64,000 bases of DNA. Origin: Chara braunii (lineage: Eukaryota; Plantae; Charophyceae). Of this stretch, positions 1-10,130 are shown one piece after another. The notes under the pieces are model-generated. The model made no database searches and was not told the origin of the DNA. It saw only the letters and a program-made list of their open reading frames with translations. The stretch's first letter is position 1. Each line of letters begins with the position of its first letter. Location of the stretch: NCBI GenBank assembly GCA_003427395.1, contig BFEA01000023.1, positions 135,882 to 199,881 on the forward strand, given 5' to 3'. The position numbers were made by a program, and so were the translations under genes.

Positions 1-1
1 G

Positions 2-1595
2 GCGACGGGAAAGGCCGACTGATTGGATCGACATATCTCTTCAGATCCCTGGACGACCGCAATCTCCATCCCACACCACGTCCCCACCAAACTCCAAAAG
101 TCGCTAATTAATGTTCTGAATGGCTACGTGGAAGTATTGAGTGTGCGCGATGATGATATCGGCCTAACTAACATGATTGAACATGCCATTCTCACAGGGG
201 ATCATCCACCCATTAGCTATGTTCCTTATAGGTACTCACCAGCTCAAAGAGCGGCCGCTTTTTAGCGGATCAAAGAATTTGAAGCTAATGGATGGATCGA
301 ACCCGCTATAGGACCATGGTCTTTTCCCATTGTGATTGTGCCTAAAAAGGCCGGAGGAATTCGCATTTGCATCGATTATCGAAAGTTGAATGATATCACG
401 ATCAAGGATGTGTACCCTCTCCCCCTTATTGCCAAGTTATTGGATGCGATTGGGAGTGCTCAATTTTTCAGCAAGTTTGATGTTCGCCATGGGTTCCATC
501 ATCTTTTTGTTCGAGAAGAAGATCGCCCGAAGACTGCGTTCGTACTCTTCGAAGGTACGTGGCAATGGATTCGATGTCCGATGGGCATCTGCAATGCTCC
601 CGCAACGTTACAGCGAGCCATGAACATGGTCTTTCAGAACTTTGTGCGGAAGACTCGTCTGGCGCAGAGTATCATTAACTACTGCGTGATTGTGTACATG
701 GATGACATTTTGGTGTATTCAAGTTCCTACGAAGGGCACGTGCAACACATCGAATGGGCGTTGCATACGTTACTAGATGCCGGTTTCAAGGTAGCGTTCG
801 AGAAGTGCCAGTTTTTCCTTACCACCATTTCCTTCCTTGGACACGTGGTGACAGACCAAGGACTCAGGCCAGAGCCGCAAAAGGTGGCAGCTGTGAGAGA
901 TGTTTCAGTGCCTACGACTATCACGCAAGTTCGCGCCTTTTTGGGCCTGGCCTCGTATTACCGAAGGTTCATCAAGGACTTCGCGGCGATTGCGGGACCC
1001 CTCACGAATCTGCTGCGAAAGGATCAACCGTTGATCTGGACGCCGGAGTGTGATCAAGCGTTCTCGAAACTCAAGGCCGCCCTCATTTCGGCCCCGGTCC
1101 TTATAAGGCCAGATCCCGAAAAGCCTTTTGTCCTCATTACTGACTGGCAGCCAGAGGCAATTTCGGCGATTCTGGCCCAGGTGGGACCAAACGGACTCGA
1201 GTGCGTAGTGGAGTATGCGTCCAAATCGGTGCCTACCTGCAAGCGTAACTACGCCGCTCCAATAGGAGAATGCTACGCGACTCTGTGGGGAATCAGTCAC
1301 TTCCGAGCGTACTTGTACGGGCGGAAGTTCATATTGGTAACTTCATGAGCCTCTGCTAGCCCTGAAGAAATCTAAGGATTGCTCGGGCATGATCGGGCGA
1401 TGGGCAACGGTGCTGCAGAGCATGGACTTCGAAATTCGTCACCGGAAACACGAAAGGCACGGGAACGCGGACGGATTGACACGACTGCACCGACCTGAGA
1501 AGGTTTTGAAGAGAGAGGAGGTGATTCCGTGGAACGAACCGAAGGAGGAGAACAAACCTCGGTACGGCCAAGTGGAGATCCTGTCAAAGGAGTAA
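2..1595 (+). pseudogene. pol: reverse transcriptase + RNase H (disrupted)
   Basis: RT motifs IRICIDYRKLN, FSKFDVRHGFH, MPMG-like CPMGICNAPA, YMDD, FLGH, FLGLASYYRRFI; RNaseH LITDWQPEAISAIL...NADGLTR. In-frame TAG at 263-265 and a frameshift near 1343; ends TAA 1593-1595. Confidence 0.95.
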
Positions 1596-1671
1596 GTGAC
1601 ACGGGGTCTAATTTTTTTTTGTTGTTTTCTGCCCCTCTGCAATTCAATCCCATCTCTCCCTCTCTGCCATC

Positions 1672-3403
1672 ATGACTACCCCACCCGTCTCTGCGACCCC
1701 CTCTTCTCCTACTAATTCTGCCCCCCTCACCTCCTCTGATTTCTTTGCCACCCTCCCCGATAAATTCTGCTATTTTTGCACATGTATTGCACGGGTTTAT
1801 GGGGTTGACTGTCATCCTTTCGAAACCGGGTTTGTCGATTGGGTAGAATGTGCCACGTGTGTCAATCGAGGGCACGGGGCCTGTGTTCAATATCGGACGA
1901 GCAGCAAGGAATGGAGGTGTCCTCTGTGTAGAACGGCCAAACTCCCCACAGAGGTTCGATTCGAGGCCGCCCGAACGGACGGACCTGAATATGACGAGAA
2001 ATACCGACGAGCGGAGGTTTGGACGGATAAAATTTTATCAGCTAAATTAGCGGGATTATCATTGGGTCACCTCACCAAACACGACAGACGTAGGGCTACC
2101 GAGAGATCTCGGGACTATCGATGGATCAACGATCATTTAGAGAAGCGTAAAACTGACGGATCTGGTTCGTGGCTGACAGTCCCTCATCCATTTCAGAGAC
2201 ATGATTGGACCCGATCTGCTCACGAAGAGCAGACCACTCATTTCGCGATACGTGTCACGGAGGCAACTATAGACCAGAACCGATGGTTATGGTCCAATAT
2301 ACGAGATGATGTCAAATACGTTGTCGCCAACTGTCTGGTCTATGCCGCGGATCGCGCCCCAATACGAGGACCGAACACGATAGTACCTACGGAAGTTGAA
2401 CGCCCCTTCCAGCGAGTCAGTATGGACACAACAGATATTGATGTGCCACCTGGCTCAAACCGCTGTGAATATTTTATCCTTTTAGTATTAATAGATAATT
2501 TTTTCCAAATACATCGAAGTCTACCCCTGCAAGACCCGCAAGGCCGCAGAAATAGCCACGTACATCGATTGGTTCCTCTATACCCATCTAGATACGGAAG
2601 AAATTCTGACCGACGATGGGTCTGAATTTAAAGGCGAAGTAGAGGAATTGTTCGCACGGAGGGGCATCACGCTCCGACATACGGCACCCCATGTGTCTCA
2701 GTCGAACGGATGGGCCGAAAATCCCAACCATATGATTAAAACAGCCCTTCGCAGGAATTTAGCGGCCCATGACACGCGTCCATGGCCTGAGATGGTGTAT
2801 CAGATCGTCGGAATTCACCGGGCCATCCCTCATGAGTCCACGGGGTTCACCCCCTTTCAGCTTCGCACTAATAGCCTCCCCTGTGTCGACTACCGGGGTA
2901 ACTCGAAAATTGCCGAAGCAGGGGGCAGAGACAAGCGTGCCTCCCTCAAGGCCAAGGCCAAAAGGTATACCGAATTAATGGAACAGGCTGTCCTGAAGCT
3001 AGCCCGAAAAAGACAGAGGATGACCAATCTGGCCCACGGTAGGCAGGTCCGTAGCTCGGAGGCTCGAAATGGAAATGCTGGGCCCCAGCATCAATATAAA
3101 TTAGGGGACCTAGTGCAGGTACGTAAATGTGCAAGCGACCGGAAATTCGCTCCCAAGTTTTCTGACTGTTTTCACGTTGTCGAGCTCGGACCCAACGGCG
3201 CCAACACGGTGCGCATCGCGCCCGAGGCTAGTGCCAGCCATAGCTTTGTCCCCATCGTCCGACATACCTCCTACCTCCAACCTCTCCCTCCCTCTGATCT
3301 CCCCCTTTCTTCCTCCTTCGAAGGCGAGGAGAACGACGACGATCTAACTCTCTCTCCGCTCTCTCCCTCCTGTCCCTCGTCTTCCTCTCCGTCCTCGCCA
3401 TGA
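1672..3403 (+). pseudogene. PHD finger-integrase ORF (PHD, HHCC zinc-binding, DDE core, SH3-like C-terminus); one frameshift near 2500
   Basis: CYFCTC..WVECATC..H.AC..WRCPLC fits the C4HC3 pattern. AHEE..THF..NCLV is the zinc-binding region. Core PFQRVSMD, ILTDDGSEF, SNGWAEN; C-terminal YKLGDLVQVR..KFAPKF. ORFs 1672-2625 and 2648-3403 join if one T is removed from the T-run near 2500. Confidence 0.9.
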
Positions 3404-3878
3404 GCTTCATCACGGAGCGGGCTCTCGATGATCAACTGTTGCAGCCACACGGCCACATCTCGGAAATTCGGCAAGTTCGTCATCCATGGCTTAATACGGA
3501 TCTTCGGCGCCTGGCGCAGTTCTTTTGCGATGTGGGTGTGTGTGCAGCCGCCGTCGATTCCAAGGGAGTCGGAAGGCAGTAGTATTGGCAGAGGTGGTAG
3601 CGGTTCATCGGCGAGCGGCTCCCGGAACGAGCCACGTCACCACGGTCGCGGCTTTCAGCGGCGACATCAGTACGATCAATCCACTGTGGCATACCGTGAT
3701 CTTGACCTCGCTGCGAGAGTGGACGGAGCAGGTGTCCGACGTGTGGCAGCACGGTCTTGCCCGACCAGGGCACAATCTCATCCCGACCTTTGCACCTTAT
3801 CTTGACGGGGTCCGCCTCTCTCCGCGCGATCCAGCAGTTGCGATCCCCACCCTCGTTGCTTTCCCATGCCCCCAATGA
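3400..3878 (+). pseudogene. Retroelement accessory ORF A (~160 aa, one frameshift), unknown function
   Basis: ATG overlaps the integrase stop (ATGA). Homologous to element 2 ORF starting 18516(-): MSFITERA..RQVRHPWLNTDLRRLA vs MGFALESA..RQVVHLRLNPDLLRFA; VTTVAAFSGD vs VTVIVVFSGD. Confidence 0.7.
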
Positions 3879-4996
3879 ACCGCGCCACCCCCCTCGCTCC
3901 TCTCTCCATCTTCGGTCTCCCCTCTCTTTTCCCTACCTTCTGGCAGTCCGATCTTCATCCTCATCTTTCCCTCTTGATCGAACCCCTTTCCGTCCCGCTT
4001 CTTAATCCCGGGCATTGGCGACTTTGGCGCGAGACCTTTGTCGAACTGTCCATGTGTTTGGCTCGAGTGCGGGTGACGTGGACGCGGACCAGCGAGCGTC
4101 CCACGCAGCTCAAAAATCTGGAATTACTGATCATACAAGCTTGGAGGACTAACGTGGAGGGTGATCTCCTCGGTTTTCTCTTCGGATCGGTGCGGCCGGG
4201 ACATCGCCAACTAATCGCTCAAGAACTCATCGCGCCGATCGCGCAACTGGCGGACGATCTCTCTCTTGACATCGTTTCACAAAGCGACGACAGCCCCGCT
4301 CCGCACGTACTCACGCGAACGTTGGATCCGTATCTTCAGTGGAGTGCATGCTTGGAAGAGCCTGGGGACGAAGGCTCTCTGCCGTCGCGGCAGGAGTATC
4401 TGAAGCCATACGGCATCATCAATCACGCTTTCTATCCGAAGGCGGAGGAGGTGGTGATAGAAGGAGAGGAAAGTGACGACGGCGAGGAAACATCGGAAGA
4501 AGGAAGCTATAGCGAGTATAGCGAGGGCGAGCAGAGCGAAGAAGAAGAAAAAGAAGAGGAAGAAGAAACCGGGTCTGAGTGGGAAGCCTTGCCGGAGGAA
4601 GCGACGCGTACTGGCACGGAGGCAAAAGATCCTGAGGCAGCGCGCAAGCGGGAAGAAGTTGTCACCGGGAAACATCAACTGGAGCTCGCCACCGGAGCTA
4701 GCTTGTGCATCGGTGACGATCCGACCAGGGATCCAGAGCCGCCGAAGCCCGAAGATGGCGACCCAGCAACCGCCACCTCCAGCACCTCACAGCCGAGACG
4801 GAGCCGATCCACCTCCCCCTCCAGCCCTCCCCGTCCCCCAGTTCGTCCACGTATCGATGGGGGGGATAGCATCCCCGGACCTTATCCCGCCGTCCCCTTG
4901 ATTACCTCACCCTCGAGCAGATCTACACCCCCGTCACCTTCCCCCGCCACTTGTTCCATCCCCATCTCTTCCGTGATTTCTACTCTACGCGCCTAA
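3875..4996 (+). CDS. Retroelement accessory ORF B (373 aa; globular N-half, acidic tract, R/S/P-rich tail), unknown function
   Basis: Open frame whose ATG overlaps the ORF A stop (ATGA). Homolog in element 2: LLGFLFGSVRPGHRQLIAQELIAPIAQLADDLSLDIVS vs LFVRLLFDEVAPRGRATVANEILVFLAQIVDDVPLSIIS; acidic tract and RRSRS also shared. Confidence 0.75.
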   Translation: MNRATPLAPLSIFGLPSLFPTFWQSDLHPHLSLLIEPLSVPLLNPGHWRLWRETFVELSMCLARVRVTWTRTSERPTQLKNLELLIIQAWRTNVEGDLLGFLFGSVRPGHRQLIAQELIAPIAQLADDLSLDIVSQSDDSPAPHVLTRTLDPYLQWSACLEEPGDEGSLPSRQEYLKPYGIINHAFYPKAEEVVIEGEESDDGEETSEEGSYSEYSEGEQSEEEEKEEEEETGSEWEALPEEATRTGTEAKDPEAARKREEVVTGKHQLELATGASLCIGDDPTRDPEPPKPEDGDPATATSSTSQPRRSRSTSPSSPPRPPVRPRIDGGDSIPGPYPAVPLITSPSSRSTPPSPSPATCSIPISSVISTLRA

Positions 4997-5379
4997 TCGC
5001 TACCGTTTACCCCCACCGCTCCCTTCAGCTCGCTGCCCCCACGTTCTGTCTGCATATCCTGTTGTTCAGCGCTGCGTGGGAGCAGTGCAACGTAGTCAAC
5101 GTCTACTGCGTATTCACGGGGACGATCCCCGCCTGTCGCCACTACGATTTCTTTCGCGCAGCGCTCTTCCGCACCCTCTCCTCCCTCTACCATGACTATC
5201 TCGTCTCTCTCCCTCATAGCGGCGATCGCTTCCCTCGTTTTCATCGGATCATTCGCTATGAGGAACTTCTGGTGACAATAGAAGGATGGAATCGCTACCT
5301 ACCCCCACTCCCTCCCCATCGTCCCTACAGACTTCCCTCCATGTACCGCCGCTACTGGCCCATTCCAACAAGGCGGTAA
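4870..5379 (+). CDS. Retroelement accessory ORF C (no in-frame ATG near its 5' end; overlaps end of ORF B), unknown function
   Basis: Homolog at ~16650-17070(-): AAPTFCLHILLFSAAW..YCVFTGTIP..LYHDYLVSLP vs AAPSFPFNILIFIVAW..YCIIFGTFP..LYAEYLASLP. Confidence 0.65.
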   Translation, partial: HPRTLSRRPLDYLTLEQIYTPVTFPRHLFHPHLFRDFYSTRLIATVYPHRSLQLAAPTFCLHILLFSAAWEQCNVVNVYCVFTGTIPACRHYDFFRAALFRTLSSLYHDYLVSLPHSGDRFPRFHRIIRYEELLVTIEGWNRYLPPLPPHRPYRLPSMYRRYWPIPTRR

Positions 5380-7256
5380 AACCCAATCGCCCGACTATCC
5401 CCCCCCTTCACCCAATCGACAAGAGGAGAACGGCACGAATCAGTAAGCTTCGCGAAGATCATGCCATCGACGATAACGTCAACCTACGCTCTGATTCAAC
5501 GGGCCGTGATGAGCCAGGATGCAGAGTACACGGAGAACCAGCGGACGATGATGGTGTCACCTGGACGACCTCCGACGATTCCAGCAGCACAAGCCAATGG
5601 ACTCGCGAAGAGATGGCAATTGAAGTTGGCACCAACATGAACTCTGGCGCGATTATCTGCTTGGTTCCTCATGCATCACTCTTTCCCCTCCTTCCTTCTC
5701 CGTCGTGACATGCAATCAGGAGATCGCATAATTTTGGAACCCCCTGCGCGTCACATATGTGACGAACTACTTCCCGAACCCGTGCTATCTTTCGTACCCC
5801 TTTGGTTTGAATTTTTCTTGTATCATACCGACCCCGTTTGATTTCTTGATTTCGGGCGCCGCGTTTTGGGCCCCTATCTTCCGGAAGCTTTTGTGATTCT
5901 TCGGTTCTGCTTTTTCTTTTGCAAGTCGGGAAATGCATAGGAATTTACGCGCGCCTTAGCGAGCGCCCTGGGAATTGGGCACGACAGTTGGGAATTCCGG
6001 GATAAGCGGAACCTCGACGTGTCCTTTTTGTGTGTGAATGTTCTTGGTCGCGTTGGGGAAAACTCTCGGAATTTTGCGAGGACACGAATAGGCGTAGGAC
6101 TTTCTTTTCCCGCGTCAACCCTTTTGCGCGCGGATATGGTGATTTCAATTTTGAATTGGTTTAGGACATAGGCAACCTGTAACTGTTTCGATGCCTTTTT
6201 CTTTTTCTTTTTGTTGACAGCGCCATGCATACGAAGCTTTCTTCTCTTACCCCCCCCCCCGCTCCGTTTCCCGCATCGTTCTCTCCCACGCTCTTTTCTC
6301 CTTCCCCCCTCCCTTCTCGCAACTGTTTTCCCTCTCCCTCTCCCGCTCTGATCAATTGCGCGCCCATTTCCCTTTCTTGATCATCTCAATCTTGGACCCG
6401 TCTCACGCTGCTTTTCGCGCCTCGTCTCTTCCCGCTCATCGACATTGGCTCACGAAGCCCGGCTAATCCTCTGATCACCCCGACTCACCAATCAGACGCG
6501 TTGAGTAGGAGGAACTTCCTGCTACGCGACGAATCTAATTGGTCGACCATTGGGCTCGGAAGGATCAACATGGCTTCCGTAGCGCGCTCCTCGCCAAGTC
6601 TTCTCCTCTTGGTTCTTTTCTTACACCTCGATTTTCTCCTTGCCTTCTCTCTCCCTCGCCCCCCTTCTCGCCACTATAAATTCCACAAACGCGCCCGCAA
6701 ATCTCTCTTACGTTCTCGACTCCCAAGCCAGCTTCCGGGAAGCAGTGGCTAGGTAGAGTGTTTGTGCGAGTCGAAAAGTCCTGACGGGCTGACGATAGGC
6801 TGGCCGGTTGTGCGCTTGGTCACCACGACGGACTGTGGGATCCAAACGAACCGCGTCAAGTTTACGTCGGCGGGGTGACGATCGCAGTGGTGGGAGTTAG
6901 CACTCGACGGCAGGGATCGTCGGTGCGGGTATGAGGATTAATGATTGGAGTTGAGTGGGTGATTGGCCCGAGGCCATATTGGAATTCACTGCGAATGCGC
7001 CTTTATTGGTTGCGGATCTTTATCTCTGGCGTGAGTGTACGGCGGCAACGCCGAACTTCCTCTTTTCGGATCTTGTCATCTCCTATCTCGACATTCCTCC
7101 CTCGNNNNNNNNNNNNNNNNNNNNNNNNNNNNNNNNNNNNNNNNNNNNNNNNNNNNNNNNNNNNNNNNNNNNNNNNNNNNNNNNNNNNNNNNNNNNNNNN
7201 NNNNNNNNNNNNNNNNNNNNNNNNNNNNNNNNNNNNNNNNNNNNNNNNNNNNNNNN

Positions 7257-7294
<38 letters not shown>

Positions 7295-7880
7295 CTATCT
7301 TTGAATGACGATGTGTCTTGATGCTTGTCCCTCTCAGGAATGGGAATGAATTTGTATGCTCTCTCGTGTGAAGGAACTTCTTCCGGAACTCTTCTATTAG
7401 TTTCCTGGGTAATCCCCAGATATCGAGGAATTGATCATCTTGTCTTGTGAACAGTGGATGTGTGTGTACAATTCCCTTGGTTGATTTCCGACATGTGTAT
7501 CTCTGTCATTTTCGTACCTTCCACAGTGAATGTATGTATGGAGATGCTTGTCTTTTCATGTTGATTAGACGCAGCACTCGGCAGGATTTTGTCCGAGAAT
7601 GCAAGAGTGTTTAGATCTGTAGTTCTAAATGCACTGCGTATGCCATCTGCCTTATGTTGCACGACATCTACAATCGATCTTTAGGGCGACCTCGAGAAAC
7701 AGGGCGCCTGGGATCAACGCCGCGGTGACTTACTAAACCTGAGTCGTGGGTCGGTCCCTCAGTTACATGCATGATCAGCTGATGAGTGTTTTGCCTCTCT
7801 CTCGTGTCGGAAAGAATTGATTGGTGGTTGTGCGAGTATTTTTCCTTGATGACGTCTCGGGATCTTCGCAATTGATTGAC

Positions 7881-8420
7881 ATGTGGACTGACCAACGCCC
7901 TTCGATCGGGCGTCAGCCTCCCGTATCTCCCGCGTCAATGCGACCTTTTCCTTACAACGAGGAAAGGACACGTGTATGCGAGTGGGACGTACGAGAAGTT
8001 GTCGCACGGATCGGCGGACGTTATTACTTCCCTTCGGAAAATCGTTATTCAGGGTTCGTAGAGGCTGGGTTTGTCATTACCGATACACACTTTCCACCTT
8101 ACTCAATACTGTTGCCATTTAACGAGTTGATCGTCATCCCGTGGACGACAGTAGAACCCCACTGGCCTCGCACTCTATGCACCGAGTGCCAGCGCTTTGA
8201 GCGCTACGAATCCAAGGGTTTCCGCTACTGTGTACGGAGTGAAGACGAACACAGAGAAAGAGCCACGCGACTAAGGCCCTCCACGTCGGACTCAGATTTA
8301 ACTGTTGAACGACGTCGGGACTTAATACGAAGACGAGACACGCGAAGCATGCCGAAGCCGTTTTGCTCTAAACGAAGGGTCGTAGCATGGTGGGAAGTCC
8401 GACAATACTTTTTGGATTGA
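7881..8420 (+). CDS. Retroelement accessory ORF E (179 aa, CxxC-containing), unknown function
   Basis: Start (MWTD / M*TD) and stop (YFLD*) are conserved with the element 2 copy at 14464-13931(-); shared FPYNEE.TRVCE and GFVI.DTHF.PYS.LLPF.ELIVI.W. Confidence 0.75.
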   Translation: MWTDQRPSIGRQPPVSPASMRPFPYNEERTRVCEWDVREVVARIGGRYYFPSENRYSGFVEAGFVITDTHFPPYSILLPFNELIVIPWTTVEPHWPRTLCTECQRFERYESKGFRYCVRSEDEHRERATRLRPSTSDSDLTVERRRDLIRRRDTRSMPKPFCSKRRVVAWWEVRQYFLD

Positions 8421-8965
8421 ATTTGTATTTCTCTCCCCTTTCACGCCAAGTCCCCGCGCGCATTTTGCGACGTGCGAAAAACGATCTACTTACTTCATCG
8501 GACCAATACAGGGGGATTTTAGTTTCGTTTGTGTCCCCACACTCAATTTCCAAAAATCCTTGGCACACCCCATCTTGCTGTTTTTTTGGGCCCCTTTTCC
8601 GCACTTCTAGCACTCCGAATGGAAGACAGCACAGGGCGTGAGGTTGCGCGTCACAGGGATGTGGGCCTGGAAGTGCGATAAGGGGTGTGCCAAGGATTTT
8701 TAGGAAAGTGGGATTGGAGTCCCGGGTCGGAATTGAGATCTCCTGTGGCAAAGTTTCAGGGGCATAGATGTAATAGAGCTAAGGGGACGAGTTACTTACG
8801 GTCTGATGGAGGTCGAGGTCGTGCAGCATAAGGCAGATGGCATGCGTGGTGCATTTAAGGCGGTCCAATCCGTTTGTTTTGGTGGCGGCGGTTCGGGGAA
8901 AGGCCCGCCCGGGATGGTTGTGATTCCGATGAGTCGGACCTTCGGGTGCAGACACGTGGCGTCTG

Positions 8966-9487
8966 TCATCGCGCGTTCTGGTTAGGCCCCGTAGTTTCAG
9001 AGGCTCGTCGGTTGCTGCGTCGCCGACAATTTCCGCAAGGCGTGCGGGGCCAATACGGGGCGATGGAATTCCATGGAACCACTGTGAGTTGGTGATATGG
9101 GAGGAGGAGACAGAAGGGAGGGAAATTGGTAGTGATAACAACGAAGCCGGGGGATATGAAGTATTGCGTGTTATCCGTAGTTGGGTAATCGGGGCACCTT
9201 GGATCGCTGGTTACGGCACAGTGAAACTCCTTGGGGCACAATCGATTCTCGGTTAGGCAGGGGAATTATGGGTATCTTTGCCTAATACATTCTCTCATCC
9301 AAGGGTCGAAGTACTCCGAGTCCCAAGAGCTCGGCATCTTATCATTGCGGCGTAATGGAAGCCTTCCGCACGCGTCCAACCGGCAAGGGGATTTTTTCGA
9401 TGTGATATCGAAAATTCCGATCCGTTTAGGTGCGTGGGGAAAGGAAAACTCTCGCCTACCCCATACCGGAGATGTCAAGCTCGTCAA
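8966..9487 (-). pseudogene. ORF E paralog (E') in convergent orientation, internal stop
   Basis: GFVVITTNFPPFCLLLPYHQLTVVPWNSIAPYWPRTPCGNCRR aligns without major gaps to ORF E GFVITDTHFPPYSILLPFNELIVIPWTTVEPHWPRTLCTECQR. ORFs 9266-9487 and 8966-9241 share a frame. Confidence 0.7.
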
Positions 9488-9959
9488 TGGTCGCGAATCG
9501 GCGCGCGTGGATACGTGTAGGCTTCGCAGATCGAATCGCGCTTACACGTATCACCGTGAGGCATTCGCCTGTTGCAAAATCGCCATGCGCTGTAAACAAT
9601 TACCCAATCGTCTAATCACTCTGTGATCTCGCAAGCAATCATTCCCAAGCATGCAAGGTGTTATCACACATCAGACGTCAGCATTTCTACTATGCCTTAA
9701 TGGCGTATCAAAATGGCAAGCAAAAACGATGACCAGTCAGGAAGAACAACAACTATATCATTCATTCATCCATTCATTTGACAAAACGCACAATAAACGA
9801 GATCAAGATCAATCGCAAAACAATGGGGGATGAAGCCAAACCAAGATTCCGAAAACAAAAGAAAAGGGCGAGTCGCCCGGAGCCGAGATCAAAATTTATA
9901 TACAAAAGTAAGGAGGGCGATAAGACAAAGAAAATTGCAAATCCACGTCCATCAACCTC

Positions 9960-10016
<57 letters not shown>

Positions 10017-10061
10017 NNNNNNNNNNNNNNNNNNNNNNNNNNNNNNNNNNNNNNNNNNNNN

Positions 10062-10130
<69 letters not shown>

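Noticed and set aside
3875-4996. ORF B as an env-like gene
   Set aside because: No signal peptide or clear transmembrane anchor; acidic and low-complexity C-half.
7779-7815. Lone CTGATGAG (also CTGATGA near 52778, 59080, 59167)
   Set aside because: No matching stem II/GAAA/stem III arrangement, so not hammerheads.
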